DNA of 64,000 bases from NCBI GenBank assembly GCA_963774955.1, contig CAVZGV010000003.1, forward strand, positions 64,771 through 128,770, given 5' to 3'. Positions 10,056 to 19,282 of the stretch are shown here, one piece after another. Origin of the DNA: Candidatus Falkowbacteria bacterium (GTDB lineage Bacteria > Patescibacteriota > Patescibacteriia > CAIXNZ01). Each line of letters opens with the position of its first letter. Positions within the stretch are counted from its first letter, which is position 1. The notes beneath the pieces are model-generated. The model had not been told where the DNA came from. It did not search any database and saw only the letters and a program-made list of their open reading frames with translations. Made by a program: the position numbers and the translations under genes.

Positions 10056-10091
10056 GCGGACGGGCAGTTACCAGCTGTCCGCTCTTTTTTT
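10056..10091 (+). terminator. intrinsic terminator (gcggacgggcagttaccagctgtccgc + T-run)
   Basis: GC hairpin followed by tcttttttt. Confidence 0.7.
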
Positions 10092-10219
10092 ATGGTTACT
10101 AATCTAAGCGGGACGAATCAGCTACGAATCTACTAATGTAAAAAAATTTTTTTTAAGACGTGAGACGTAACACGCTTAACGATTCGAGCCTCGTAACCTA
10201 TTTACGTAAGACGCCTGCT

Positions 10220-10921
10220 TTATATTTTGGATACAAAAGGATTGTCCCTGAGATAAAAGCGCCAGGGTTTATGCTTGTAAGCGCCGGCGTAATCAACACC
10301 AATGCGTTTTGCACTTTGTATTTGAGAAGGTTTTCCGCCGGAGGCGGATCCGCCCTTGGCGGATATTTTTTCCTTGGGATTTTCAGCCAGATAAAGCTTG
10401 GGACTGGTAATGATATTTACCCCGTTTAATTTTTTATCAATTTTTAAGGCCTGGCAGAGTTTGGCCGAACCATTGGTAAGTACAGTATAAAGTCTAAAGT
10501 CTAGGCCGCGAAGCGGCATCCCGCAACGCGGGAAAGTTAAAAGTTTGGAATTTTTTATCTTAAGTTTACGATTTTTATACATTTGTTTAATGCCGGCGAC
10601 AGGTTCCAGGGCGCGGATTAAGATGGCGGCAGGGAAGTCCTTGGCTTCGGTTACAATATTAAAGCAATAATACATACCATAAACCAGATAAATATAAGCT
10701 GTACCCGGCTGGTCAAACATAATTTTGGTGCGTTCAGTTTTGCCGCGGGACGCATGTGAAGCTTTATCTTTCGGCCCGTAATAGGCCTCGGTTTCGACAA
10801 TTTTACCAATTAAAATATTTTTACCGTCTTGCCGCAGCAGGTATTTGCCCAAAAGTGCTTGAGCCAGCTTAAAGGTATTTTGTTTAAAAAAATTTGCGTT
10901 TAAACGTCGGTAGTTTGACAT
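10220..10921 (-). CDS. mpg: DNA-3-methyladenine glycosylase (Mpg/AAG family) carrying two in-frame repeat-derived insertions
   Basis: N-terminal ETEAYYGPKDKASHA...YIYLVYGMYYCFN, C-terminal RIGVDYA...WRFYL; about 35 aa longer than typical; extra segments coincide with repeats at 10334-10366 and 10487-10560. Confidence 0.75.
   Translation of the reverse strand: MSNYRRLNANFFKQNTFKLAQALLGKYLLRQDGKNILIGKIVETEAYYGPKDKASHASRGKTERTKIMFDQPGTAYIYLVYGMYYCFNIVTEAKDFPAAILIRALEPVAGIKQMYKNRKLKIKNSKLLTFPRCGMPLRGLDFRLYTVLTNGSAKLCQALKIDKKLNGVNIITSPKLYLAENPKEKISAKGGSASGGKPSQIQSAKRIGVDYAGAYKHKPWRFYLRDNPFVSKI
10334..10366. repeat. hairpin-pair repeat R1b, in frame inside mpg (encodes KGGSASGGK)
   Basis: tccgccggaggcggatccgcccttggcggatat; matches R1a. 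Confidence 0.7.
10487..10560. repeat. composite repeat inside mpg coding sequence: aaagtctaaagtcta + hairpin pair R2b (10506-10532) + aaagttaaaagtttggaa
   Basis: flanks match 7201-7246 (same flanks without the hairpin pair); R2b matches R2a. Confidence 0.65.
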
Positions 10922-11000
10922 AAATAGCTGGGGAGTATATAATAAATTTCAATAAATAGTTATTTCGCCTGTAAAACAATTTTTGCCAAGGAGGTATAAA

Positions 11001-11137
11001 ATGAAAATTAAATTTGGTAGGAAAGTCGCGCAAAAGCCGACGGTCTTTCTTAAGCTAGTCTGGGCCATGCTGGCCAATTGGATCACCTGGCAGGAAATGA
11101 CCGCAATTATGGCGGCCGAGCTCCGGGTTTACGCCTA
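11001..11137 (+). CDS. possible small hydrophobic protein (45 aa)
   Basis: strong RBS aaggaggtataaaATG, followed by bidirectional terminator at about 11195-11240. Confidence 0.3.
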
Positions 11138-11243
11138 AAAATGGAATCAGGCCATGCAGGAGCCAAATTGTCAGGACAATGAGTTGACCATAAAGGCGAA
11201 AACAAAGCGCCCAAAGAGAAATATTACTCGGGCGCTTTTTTAT

Positions 11244-12583
11244 TTATATAACTTTCTTGATGGCCTGTTCCAGATTTTTTACAGGTACTAATTCTTTTTG
11301 TGAGGGTGCGGTTTTGCCAACCGGTATGATAATTTTCTTAAAGTTTAGTTTCAAGGCCTCTTCGATTCTTTTGTCCAGCTGGTAAACCGGCCGGATTTCA
11401 CCACCCAAGCCGACTTCGCCCAAAATCAGGGTTTGCGGGTCAATAGCTTTGTTTTTTAGGGAAGAAACAATAGCCAGGCAAACTGCCAGGTCAGCGCCGG
11501 TTTCGTTGATTTTAAGGCCCCCAGTGACGTTTAAATGGATATCCTGGTTGAGCAAGGGTACATCAGCCCGTTTAATTAGGACAGCTGCCAGCATTTGCAG
11601 TCGATTCAAATCATAGCCTGAACTTCGTCTTTGCGGGTAGCCAAACATGGTTTTGGTAACCAGCGCCTGGACTTCAATCAAAAACGGCCGACTGCCTTCC
11701 ATAATGCAAGTCAGAGCAGAACCGGAAATAGGCGTCTGATTGATGCGGTAGAAAAAGTTCTGAGGGATTTTTTACTTCCAGCAGGCCGCTTGAGCTCATG
11801 CTGAATATGCCGATTTCCTGGGTTGAGCCAAATCGGTTTTTGGCGCAGCGCAGTGAGCCGAAAATCATCCGAAGTTGAACTTTCCAAATACATGACTGCA
11901 TCAACCAGATGTTCCAGTGATTTGGGACCGGCGACCTGGCCGTCTTTAGTCACATGACCGATGATTAGAATGGCGATATTATATTTTTTGGCTATTTCTA
12001 AAAGTTTAACCGTACAAATCCTGACCTGATTAATTGATCCGGCCTCGGAAGGAAGTTCATTAGAATATAAGGTTTGGATGGAATCAATGATAATTAAACT
12101 TGGTTTTTCTTCGACTGCAAATCCGGTAATTTTTTCAACGTTGTTTTCGGCCAGAAATTTTAATTTGGGAAAATCCAGATTAAGCCGGTCAATTCTCATT
12201 TTTATCTGGGAGGCTGATTCTTCACCGGAAACATAAAGAATGGGGGACTGGAGCTGATGGCAGAGTTGTAAAACCAGGGTTGATTTGCCGATGCCGGGTT
12301 CGCCGCCCAGCAGGATTAAACTGCCGGCGACAATACCGCCGCCCAAGACGCGGTCAAATTCGCCGATCTTAGTTTGCAAACGTTCGAATTTGGGAGTGGC
12401 TGAAGTTTTAAAGTCAATGAGTTGGGATTTATCTACCTTTATAGTTGTCATTTGAATTTTGTCATTTGTCATTTCTTCGGCTATGGTTCCCCAGGCGCTG
12501 CAAGTCGAACAGCGCCCAGTCCACTTGGGATACTGGGCGCCGCATTTTGAGCAAGCGTATATTGTCTGAGGTTGTTTAGACAT
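11244..12583 (-). CDS. radA: DNA repair protein RadA, interrupted by two frameshifts in this sequence (pieces 12583-11711, about 11904-11760, 11702-11244)
   Basis: N-terminal zinc ribbon [18 protein letters not shown], Walker [16 protein letters not shown] motif in a second frame, Lon-like C-terminal domain in a third. Confidence 0.75.
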
Positions 12584-12589
12584 GATGGT

Positions 12590-12782
12590 TATTTATTCAA
12601 CCCCCTCTTTGATTCTCCCCCTAATCATAGGGGGAGAGTGCGGGAATATCGGATTTTCCGTAAACACCCCTCCTTACAAAGGAGGGGATCGGGGGAGGTT
12701 CTCGGATACTTTATCAACTCCCTCCCACCTTCGCTAAAGCTACTGTGGGCTAGCTGTATCTCCCTCTAATCTTAGAGGGAGA
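12590..12782. repeat. GC-rich three-hairpin tail of DUF559 copy 1 (C' 12614-12637, B' 12667-12687, A' 12759-12782)
   Basis: perfect 9-10 bp stems tctccccctaatcatagggggaga, cccctccttacaaaggagggg, tctccctctaatcttagagggaga; homologous to 31851-32011. Confidence 0.75.
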
Positions 12783-13175
12783 TTCCGGAAGTGCAGGCTG
12801 AGTTTTGATTTTACGATCGTTTATTTCCTTACAAAGACAATATAGTTCCTCAACCACTGAATCAATATCTTCAAAGATTTGGTGATTCCAATATCTTTTT
12901 ACAATAATTCCGCAATCTTGTAAATATTTATCCCTGATTTTATCTCTATTAATATTCTTTTGTAGGGTATGAATATCACCGTCTAATTCAATCGCTAATT
13001 TTAATTCAGGGCAATAGAAATCTACTATATAGTATCCAATCCCATATTGCCGACGGAATTTGTATCCTAACTTTTTGTTTCTTAATTCTTTCCAGAGTGT
13101 AACTTCAGCTGGAGTCATTTTTTCCCTTAATATTCTTCTTTTCGTTTTATGCAATTTTAAATTAAACAATTGCAT
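12750..13175 (-). CDS. DUF559 (Vsr/restriction-endonuclease-like fold) domain protein, copy 1
   Basis: 141 aa, signature FRRQY..YIVDFYCPELKLAIELDGDIH; about 65% aa identity to 31458-31889. Confidence 0.75.
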   Translation of the reverse strand: MQLFNLKLHKTKRRILREKMTPAEVTLWKELRNKKLGYKFRRQYGIGYYIVDFYCPELKLAIELDGDIHTLQKNINRDKIRDKYLQDCGIIVKRYWNHQIFEDIDSVVEELYCLCKEINDRKIKTQPALPESPSKIRGRYS

Positions 13176-13263
13176 TTGATTTTTTATTTTGGTTTTAATT
13201 TAGTATCTCTGGGCGCCGCATTTTGAGCAAGCGTATATTGTTTGAGGTTGTTTGGGCATGGGG

Positions 13264-14961
13264 TTATTGAAAAAGTGGAAAATCAGAGGCTTCTGGTACA
13301 CAGGTGCCGCCAACAGATAATATTTTAGAAGTTGGGGTAGAGCATTTTAATCCCGCTCGGCACTCACCATCTCCTCTAGTTGTTACGCTATTACCAACCC
13401 TGGAACAGGAATCACCTATTTCACCTCGAGCGCAGGTATTGGTTCCCGCCGTGTTGCAAATTTTTGTTTTACATTCAGCATTACTGTTACAAGCTGTGCC
13501 TGCATCTCCAGTTGTACAAATATTGCCTAAAGAGGTATTGCAAATCATGGGATCGCCATTGGGAGCTTTGGGGCATTGATCGTTTGAATTACAATAACAA
13601 ACACACAACTTATCGCCTTTTGTTTGATTACTCGGTGCGCAAATGGTTCCGCCGGGAAATTGGAGATGGCCACCTTCAATTGGTTCTATTTTACATTCGT
13701 ACTCACCTTTGTTGCAATATGTTAATTCTTTTACCCCTGTTATTTTATCCATTGTGACACCAACAGCGGCACCTGCCATTCCTAATGTGGCTGTAATTGG
13801 CAATTTTGCATAAGCTGTGACGAGGGAACCTGTTAACCCGCAGGTAAATCCGCTTTGACAAGTAGTACTACTCATTCTGTAAGGATCACAGCGGCCATAG
13901 CCTATTTTGGGCATGCACTTGTTAGCCCCAAATGTTCCAACGCTGGTATTACAGTAATAGCCTTTCTCAGAGGCACAATCTTTATCAGCATCAGCATTAG
14001 CATTATAACAATTTTTTATTGTTTCAAAAGATGCACCACCTAAGCATTCTTGGAAATCAGTACCGACGCAAGGATTACCCACATAGCCAAATTGACAATA
14101 ATTTAAGCCTGCCCAAGGAGCATAGCATCTTAATCCCTTGCAGTCTTCTTTCTCAGTTTTATCAGAGCAGTCTTTAAAAAGTGATTCGGTAATATCAATG
14201 CATTTGCCGTCAGTACATTTGCCGCCGCAACAAAGGCGGTCTTCAGTGCAGGCTTCGCCGTTTTTAGTGCAATCTACACATTCCCAGGAACCGCTATTTT
14301 TACAAACCTTATCAGTACCTAAGGCTGAGCAGTCTTTGCCGGTGCATTTTGTTTTAAATGAATCTTCATAGGCTTCGCCGCATTTTTTAGTTAGGTCATC
14401 TGTGCAGGTGGTATTGTTTTCCAGATCCAAAGTGCGCAATTCGCCGACGCATAAACCAGGGGAGACTAATTTGCCTTTCTTGGCATCACAGTCGGCTTTT
14501 AATAAAAATTCATATTGTTTTTCACCTGTTTGACAGCATTTCGTGCCTTCTATTACTGTAATGGATAATGGCTGGAGCAGAATTGTGCCCGGTGCGACTA
14601 CTTGCAGGATGATAATCGCAAAAAGAGAGATACAGATGCCCAGGACAGCTTTGAAAATAGTATCTTTGGCTTTCTCGATATTTGACGGCGCTGCTCCGGA
14701 AAGTGTCCACAGGACACCGCCATACATGATCATAATAATAGCCAGGGCAATAACAGTGGCCGACCCAAATAAAAAGACAGCTTTGATATATTCGGCAATA
14801 GTTGAACCAGTAATCGGTAAACTGGCCGGTAAATCACCAAAAGGCACCTGTAGATCTAAAAAATCAAGCTGCGCCAGGCAGATAGGCAGGAAGATATTGA
14901 AAACCGTAACAATAATAAAGACAATAATCGGAAAAAGAAAAATTTTAGGCAATTTTGGCAT
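13264..14961 (-). CDS. cysteine-rich (about 60 Cys) surface protein with N-terminal signal peptide + two-TM hairpin (VirB2/T4SS-pilin-like topology)
   Basis: N-terminus MPKLPKIFLF..CLAQ then two helices; about 430-aa domain full of CxxC/GxC spacings; no homolog recognised. Confidence 0.55.
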   Translation of the reverse strand: MPKLPKIFLFPIIVFIIVTVFNIFLPICLAQLDFLDLQVPFGDLPASLPITGSTIAEYIKAVFLFGSATVIALAIIMIMYGGVLWTLSGAAPSNIEKAKDTIFKAVLGICISLFAIIILQVVAPGTILLQPLSITVIEGTKCCQTGEKQYEFLLKADCDAKKGKLVSPGLCVGELRTLDLENNTTCTDDLTKKCGEAYEDSFKTKCTGKDCSALGTDKVCKNSGSWECVDCTKNGEACTEDRLCCGGKCTDGKCIDITESLFKDCSDKTEKEDCKGLRCYAPWAGLNYCQFGYVGNPCVGTDFQECLGGASFETIKNCYNANADADKDCASEKGYYCNTSVGTFGANKCMPKIGYGRCDPYRMSSTTCQSGFTCGLTGSLVTAYAKLPITATLGMAGAAVGVTMDKITGVKELTYCNKGEYECKIEPIEGGHLQFPGGTICAPSNQTKGDKLCVCYCNSNDQCPKAPNGDPMICNTSLGNICTTGDAGTACNSNAECKTKICNTAGTNTCARGEIGDSCSRVGNSVTTRGDGECRAGLKCSTPTSKILSVGGTCVPEASDFPLFQ

Positions 14962-14967
14962 AAGAGG

Positions 14968-15669
14968 TTATTTTTTTAGTTCACTGTCAATGATATTTTT
15001 TATCGTGTAATAATTGATAAAACCTTCAATTTTTTGGTCGTTAACAAAGATAGTTGGCACTGCCGTGACTTCCATATTTATGGCTTCAACCAGATTGCGG
15101 TCTAAGACGGCTACATATTTGCCGGTATTAATACATTGCTGAAATTTTTCCTTATCTAAACTCAAGGTTTGAGCCAGGCTTACATAAGTGGCCGGACCTA
15201 AATTGGTTTGGTTTTGATAAAGTAACTCTTGATACTCCCAGAATTTATTTTGTTCCCAGGCGCAGTAAGCAGCCGAAAGAGACGGCCGGGTTTCCTGATT
15301 AATAGTGACCGGCAGGCCTTTAAATATAAAACGGACCTGACTGGCGTAAATTTTTTCCAAGTTGTTCATGGTTGCCTGAACCGAAGCACAGCTGGGGCAG
15401 GTGAAATCAGTATATTCAAAGACTGTTACCTTGGCATCCGGCTGGCCTTTGATCGGATCATAGCGGGTAACCGCTGGAATTTTTTTCAGGGCCTGTTCAG
15501 ACTGATTTTTGTAATACTGGTCTAGAAAATTATATAATTTCCATTCTTTCCAGTAATAGCCGAGTAAACTATAGGAAATAACGAAAATAACAAGCACCGT
15601 AAAAATCAGAAAATAAATAAAATAAAGCTTTTGCGGGGAAATCAGGATTTTTTTCTTGTCAGTCATCAT
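14968..15669 (-). CDS. membrane-anchored DsbA/BdbD-like thiol:disulfide oxidoreductase
   Basis: N-terminal TM; thioredoxin CxxC motif FTCPSCA; DsbA-like length. Confidence 0.7.
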   Translation of the reverse strand: MMTDKKKILISPQKLYFIYFLIFTVLVIFVISYSLLGYYWKEWKLYNFLDQYYKNQSEQALKKIPAVTRYDPIKGQPDAKVTVFEYTDFTCPSCASVQATMNNLEKIYASQVRFIFKGLPVTINQETRPSLSAAYCAWEQNKFWEYQELLYQNQTNLGPATYVSLAQTLSLDKEKFQQCINTGKYVAVLDRNLVEAINMEVTAVPTIFVNDQKIEGFINYYTIKNIIDSELKK

Positions 15670-15673
15670 AGTT

Positions 15674-16936
15674 TTATAATCTTATTTCTTTAATTTGTCC
15701 GGAATTTTTATCCCAGGCGTAGAGGATGGTTTTATCCTGACTGATCACCATTTTGCCGATTGAAGTATCAAAAAGCGGTTGAGCGATCAATTCCTTACTG
15801 CCAGTCATCAGGTTAATTTTATAAATATTATCAGGCTGGGAATCGGCCATGCTGGGAATAAAGCCGCTGCCCAGATCAAGTGTTTTTGGCACGGCGCAAT
15901 AGATAATATTATCCCCGCCAAAGGTGCATTTATCAGCCCAGGTATCAAGATCAAGTTTTGTTCGTCCGGTACCCAGTAAATCAGGAGTTGAATTAACTAC
16001 CCATAAAGTCGGATTGTATGAAGACGCTGAATTGTATGAGCTGTAAAGTAGTTTATTGCCAGTGGGTGAAAAAACATAGCGGGGATCACGGCCCTCAATG
16101 CGTACGGCTTTGAAATTTTCGCCGTTAAAGCCGATCGGGTAAATCTCAGAACGGTCAGCATCGAGTCCTTTGATAAACATCGCAACATATTGGTTATTAG
16201 GGGACCAGGTAATGGCAACATTTTCATCCTCATCACCCAGGGCTTCAATCTGGCGGTAATTACCTCCGTTGGTATCACTGATGGCTATATATCTGTCTTC
16301 AGGATCAAGTTTCATGGCTTTAAAAGCGATTTTGGAACTATCAGGTGAAAAAGTAAAATCTTTCCAGTGGGTGGGCAGAGTGATGGTGGTCTTTTTATTA
16401 ATATCGTAAATAACATTAGAACCGTCTGGATATTCCATGACTGCTTGTTTGCTGTTTGGCGCCCAGGTTACTTTCTCTACATTTTTAAAAGCAATGTCAG
16501 AAATTAAAGTTTTAGTGCCATCAGGGGTGATATTATAAAAAAATCCGTTATTGGCATTATAATAAACCAAATCCGTACCATTACTGCTTAAAGATGGGGT
16601 TAAGGCCGGATCATTTTCCAACACAGTATATGCTGTAAGGCCGCCATTTGCTTGAAATGAAATCGTAGTGCCCGGAATAGTGGTCACAGGCGGGGGTAGG
16701 CTGGGCAGTGCCGGCGGCAAGAGTGCCGGAGCATTAATAAGGGGAGGGATATAGGCTGGAGGTGGCTGGGTGGGAGGAAATTCAGTCGGTGGAGTCGGAG
16801 TAACCGGCGGTGTTACGGGTGGCGTTGGTTGTGGTAAAAGAGGCCTGAAAAATAAATAAAAAATAGCAAAGCCTATAAGCACAGCAACGGCAATAAAAAG
16901 TATAATCAGTAAAACTTTTTTTGTTCGATCAGACAT
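15674..16936 (-). CDS. membrane-anchored TolB-like/PD40 beta-propeller protein with Pro-rich linker
   Basis: N-terminal TM, PTPPVTPPVTPTPP linker, repeated beta-propeller blades. Confidence 0.5.
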   Translation of the reverse strand: MSDRTKKVLLIILFIAVAVLIGFAIFYLFFRPLLPQPTPPVTPPVTPTPPTEFPPTQPPPAYIPPLINAPALLPPALPSLPPPVTTIPGTTISFQANGGLTAYTVLENDPALTPSLSSNGTDLVYYNANNGFFYNITPDGTKTLISDIAFKNVEKVTWAPNSKQAVMEYPDGSNVIYDINKKTTITLPTHWKDFTFSPDSSKIAFKAMKLDPEDRYIAISDTNGGNYRQIEALGDEDENVAITWSPNNQYVAMFIKGLDADRSEIYPIGFNGENFKAVRIEGRDPRYVFSPTGNKLLYSSYNSASSYNPTLWVVNSTPDLLGTGRTKLDLDTWADKCTFGGDNIIYCAVPKTLDLGSGFIPSMADSQPDNIYKINLMTGSKELIAQPLFDTSIGKMVISQDKTILYAWDKNSGQIKEIRL

Positions 16937-17001
16937 ATTTTTTGGTTAATAATATATTAGTAAATAAAAGGCGGTAAAAATTATTAATTATTTTAAAATC
17001 T

Positions 17002-18393
17002 TTATGATTGCGGTGCTATTAATAACAGGAATAACGAAATAACAATTACCGGTGAGAGCAGGATCATTAAACAGATTATAAGTAACATCAGGATTATAGC
17101 GTCTAAGATGAGGAAAACAGCAATTTCAGCAATTTCAAAAAGCATCCACATGATTCTATCAGCCTTTTTATCAAAAGAATCATTGCCATCACTTATTTTT
17201 TCAGATTCTCCCGAGCCTCCTGATGTGCCGCCACCTCCTCCGGCAGCACCGCCACCTCCTCCGGCAGCACCGCCAGCTCCTCCGGCAGCGCCTCCAGCAC
17301 CTCCAGCAGCTCCGGCAGCACCGCCAGCTCCTTCGGCAGCTATATTTAGATATTCTTTCCATTCATGACCAAAACGGCAGACATATTTAGAATGTGCAAA
17401 ATATTTAACCAGAAAATGTATATTAATATAGATAATTCCTACGATAGGACCGAGAATTGTTTCCAGGTTAATTATGAGTGCCCAGGCATCACTTAAAAAT
17501 TGAGCTGATACTTTTTGCCCGATCATTATAATTACATCTTGGGCCACTTTCTTGGCAGCTTTAGCTGCTTCTCTGATCTTCATTTGAGAGGCTGCTCTTT
17601 GCATTCTCTGCAAATCTCTTTGCATGGCTTTTTCCGGATCTTCTTCCTGTTCTTTATCCTTGCCTTTATCCTCTGCTCCTTTTTTCTTATCTTTAGATTG
17701 GTCTTCTTCCCCTTGTTTTTCCTGGCCTCCTTGGCCCTGTATTAATTTAGTTTGATCAGACGGACCTGCTTCTTCAGGCGGTTCCGCCCCTGGTCCGGCT
17801 GAGGTTGGCTGCCGTTGCGCTACTCTGAAATCACGCGCTTGTTGATTTTCCTGTTGCTGTTCTTCTGGTTTTTCCGTGTTTTTATCTTGATCCGAGCTTT
17901 GTTGTTCCGGTTCTTTGCCCCCAGTTTGAGTTTGATCAGCAGGTTGCTGGTTACCGGTTTCGGCTTGGTTTTGTTCTGTAGTATTTTTATCTTGATCCGG
18001 ACCTTGTTGTTCCGGTTCTTTGCTCTCAGCTTGAGTTTGATCAGCAGGTTGCTGATTACCAGTTTCAGCTTGCGCATTACCATTAGTGGCCTGGCCTTGG
18101 TTTGCCGATGGAGCTCCTGACTTTTTCGGGGCAGTCATATTACCAGCTTGTTCTTGAGGCCCTGTTTTTTTCCCTTCCGCTTCATTAGCCAGGTTACCAG
18201 GTTCGTCTGGCGATCCTGGTTCTTGTGGTTGGCCATTTTTTCCCTTAGGTTTGCTTTGCGGAGTCTCATCATCATCAAGTTTTTCCGGTTTGGGGATATC
18301 TCCGGATATTTTAACTTGTCTTTTCTGATCACGTAAATTACGGCCCTGATCTTTTTCTTGGTTATTGGCTGGTGAAGTATTTGAATCGACCAT
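17002..18393 (-). CDS. hypothetical membrane protein with long disordered Q/E/K/G-rich N-terminal region, internal 35-aa tandem duplication and Gly/Ala repeat between TM helices
   Basis: 105-bp direct repeat x2 at 17879-18088; GAGGAAGAAGGAGG stretch; C-terminal hydrophobic helices. Confidence 0.5.
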   Translation of the reverse strand: MVDSNTSPANNQEKDQGRNLRDQKRQVKISGDIPKPEKLDDDETPQSKPKGKNGQPQEPGSPDEPGNLANEAEGKKTGPQEQAGNMTAPKKSGAPSANQGQATNGNAQAETGNQQPADQTQAESKEPEQQGPDQDKNTTEQNQAETGNQQPADQTQTGGKEPEQQSSDQDKNTEKPEEQQQENQQARDFRVAQRQPTSAGPGAEPPEEAGPSDQTKLIQGQGGQEKQGEEDQSKDKKKGAEDKGKDKEQEEDPEKAMQRDLQRMQRAASQMKIREAAKAAKKVAQDVIIMIGQKVSAQFLSDAWALIINLETILGPIVGIIYINIHFLVKYFAHSKYVCRFGHEWKEYLNIAAEGAGGAAGAAGGAGGAAGGAGGAAGGGGGAAGGGGGTSGGSGESEKISDGNDSFDKKADRIMWMLFEIAEIAVFLILDAIILMLLIICLMILLSPVIVISLFLLLIAPQS

Positions 18394-18415
18394 TTGAAAA
18401 AATTAATTCCTAAGC

Positions 18416-19198
18416 TTAAGCGCTTTTTACTCTTTTTAAATCCTGATATAAAGCAAAAGGATAAACTAGTATCAATAGCATGATAATAATAACAAAAATA
18501 TAGCTTAGTGCCGGTCCGATTGCCGGCAGTTTAAATAGTAAACCGGAAATGTTGTTTAAGATTAAGACCATAATGGCCAGCACAAAAATTTTAAAGGCCA
18601 GGCTGGAGAGGCTGCTTTTACTTAAATGGTACGTGTGTTTAATGGCATTTAGCGGGTATTCATCCTTTTCAATTATGATATAAATGCTAAAGATCAGTGT
18701 CGAGGAAAGCAGTAAGATCAAAATATAACCCAGGATCAGAGAAAGTATGCCTAAAACAGCTTGGTTGGCGATAAAGAAGATAATGGCAGCATAAATCGGC
18801 AGGGAAAAGATAACAAACAAAATGGAAATGATAATGGCGAGGAACAGAAAGTTTAAAAAATGTTTTTTGACCGACTTAATATTTTCTCTGAATTTCAATT
18901 TGGGATTCATTAAAGTATAAATAATAACGATTTGGGCAACTACGGCAATAAGAAAATAAATAAGATAAGTGCTTAAAGCCCAGAGAATGCGGGAGACTAT
19001 TATATTATCAACAGTAATGACTTTAAAGGTAACAAGTAAATAATAAATATAGGTCAAGAGCAGATTGGCAGCTAAAATCAGAACTGAAATAAAAATAAAA
19101 CTTAGCAGTAAATTCAGCCAGCTTTGCTTGACGATTTCCAGACATTTAAGAAATAGCTGGCTGGTCGGCATTAATTTTACGGAGTTATTGGTTGGCAT
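18416..19198 (-). CDS. hypothetical polytopic membrane protein
   Basis: about 6 predicted TM helices; in cluster with lemA-htpX. Confidence 0.5.
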   Translation of the reverse strand: MPTNNSVKLMPTSQLFLKCLEIVKQSWLNLLLSFIFISVLILAANLLLTYIYYLLVTFKVITVDNIIVSRILWALSTYLIYFLIAVVAQIVIIYTLMNPKLKFRENIKSVKKHFLNFLFLAIIISILFVIFSLPIYAAIIFFIANQAVLGILSLILGYILILLLSSTLIFSIYIIIEKDEYPLNAIKHTYHLSKSSLSSLAFKIFVLAIMVLILNNISGLLFKLPAIGPALSYIFVIIIMLLILVYPFALYQDLKRVKSA

Positions 19199-19282
19199 CT
19201 TTAAGAAAGATTAAGAATTAAAAGTTGAAATTAAATATTTTGTTTATTTTTTTCTATCATAAAAAAGCCCCTGAAAATTTAT

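Noticed and set aside
10160-10429. 89-aa plus-strand ORF
   Set aside because: Antisense to the well-supported mpg gene and running through the repeat insert. No RBS or motif.
13304-14371. Several 60-125-aa plus-strand ORFs (13304-13579, 13380-13757, 13855-14043, 14138-14371)
   Set aside because: All lie antisense within the intact 565-aa Cys-rich gene and lack start signals. They are likely spurious.
17108-17368. 86-aa plus-strand Pro/Ala-rich ORF (PPAAPP...)
   Set aside because: Mirror-strand reading of the Gly/Ala repeat inside the 17002-18393 gene. Low-complexity artefact.
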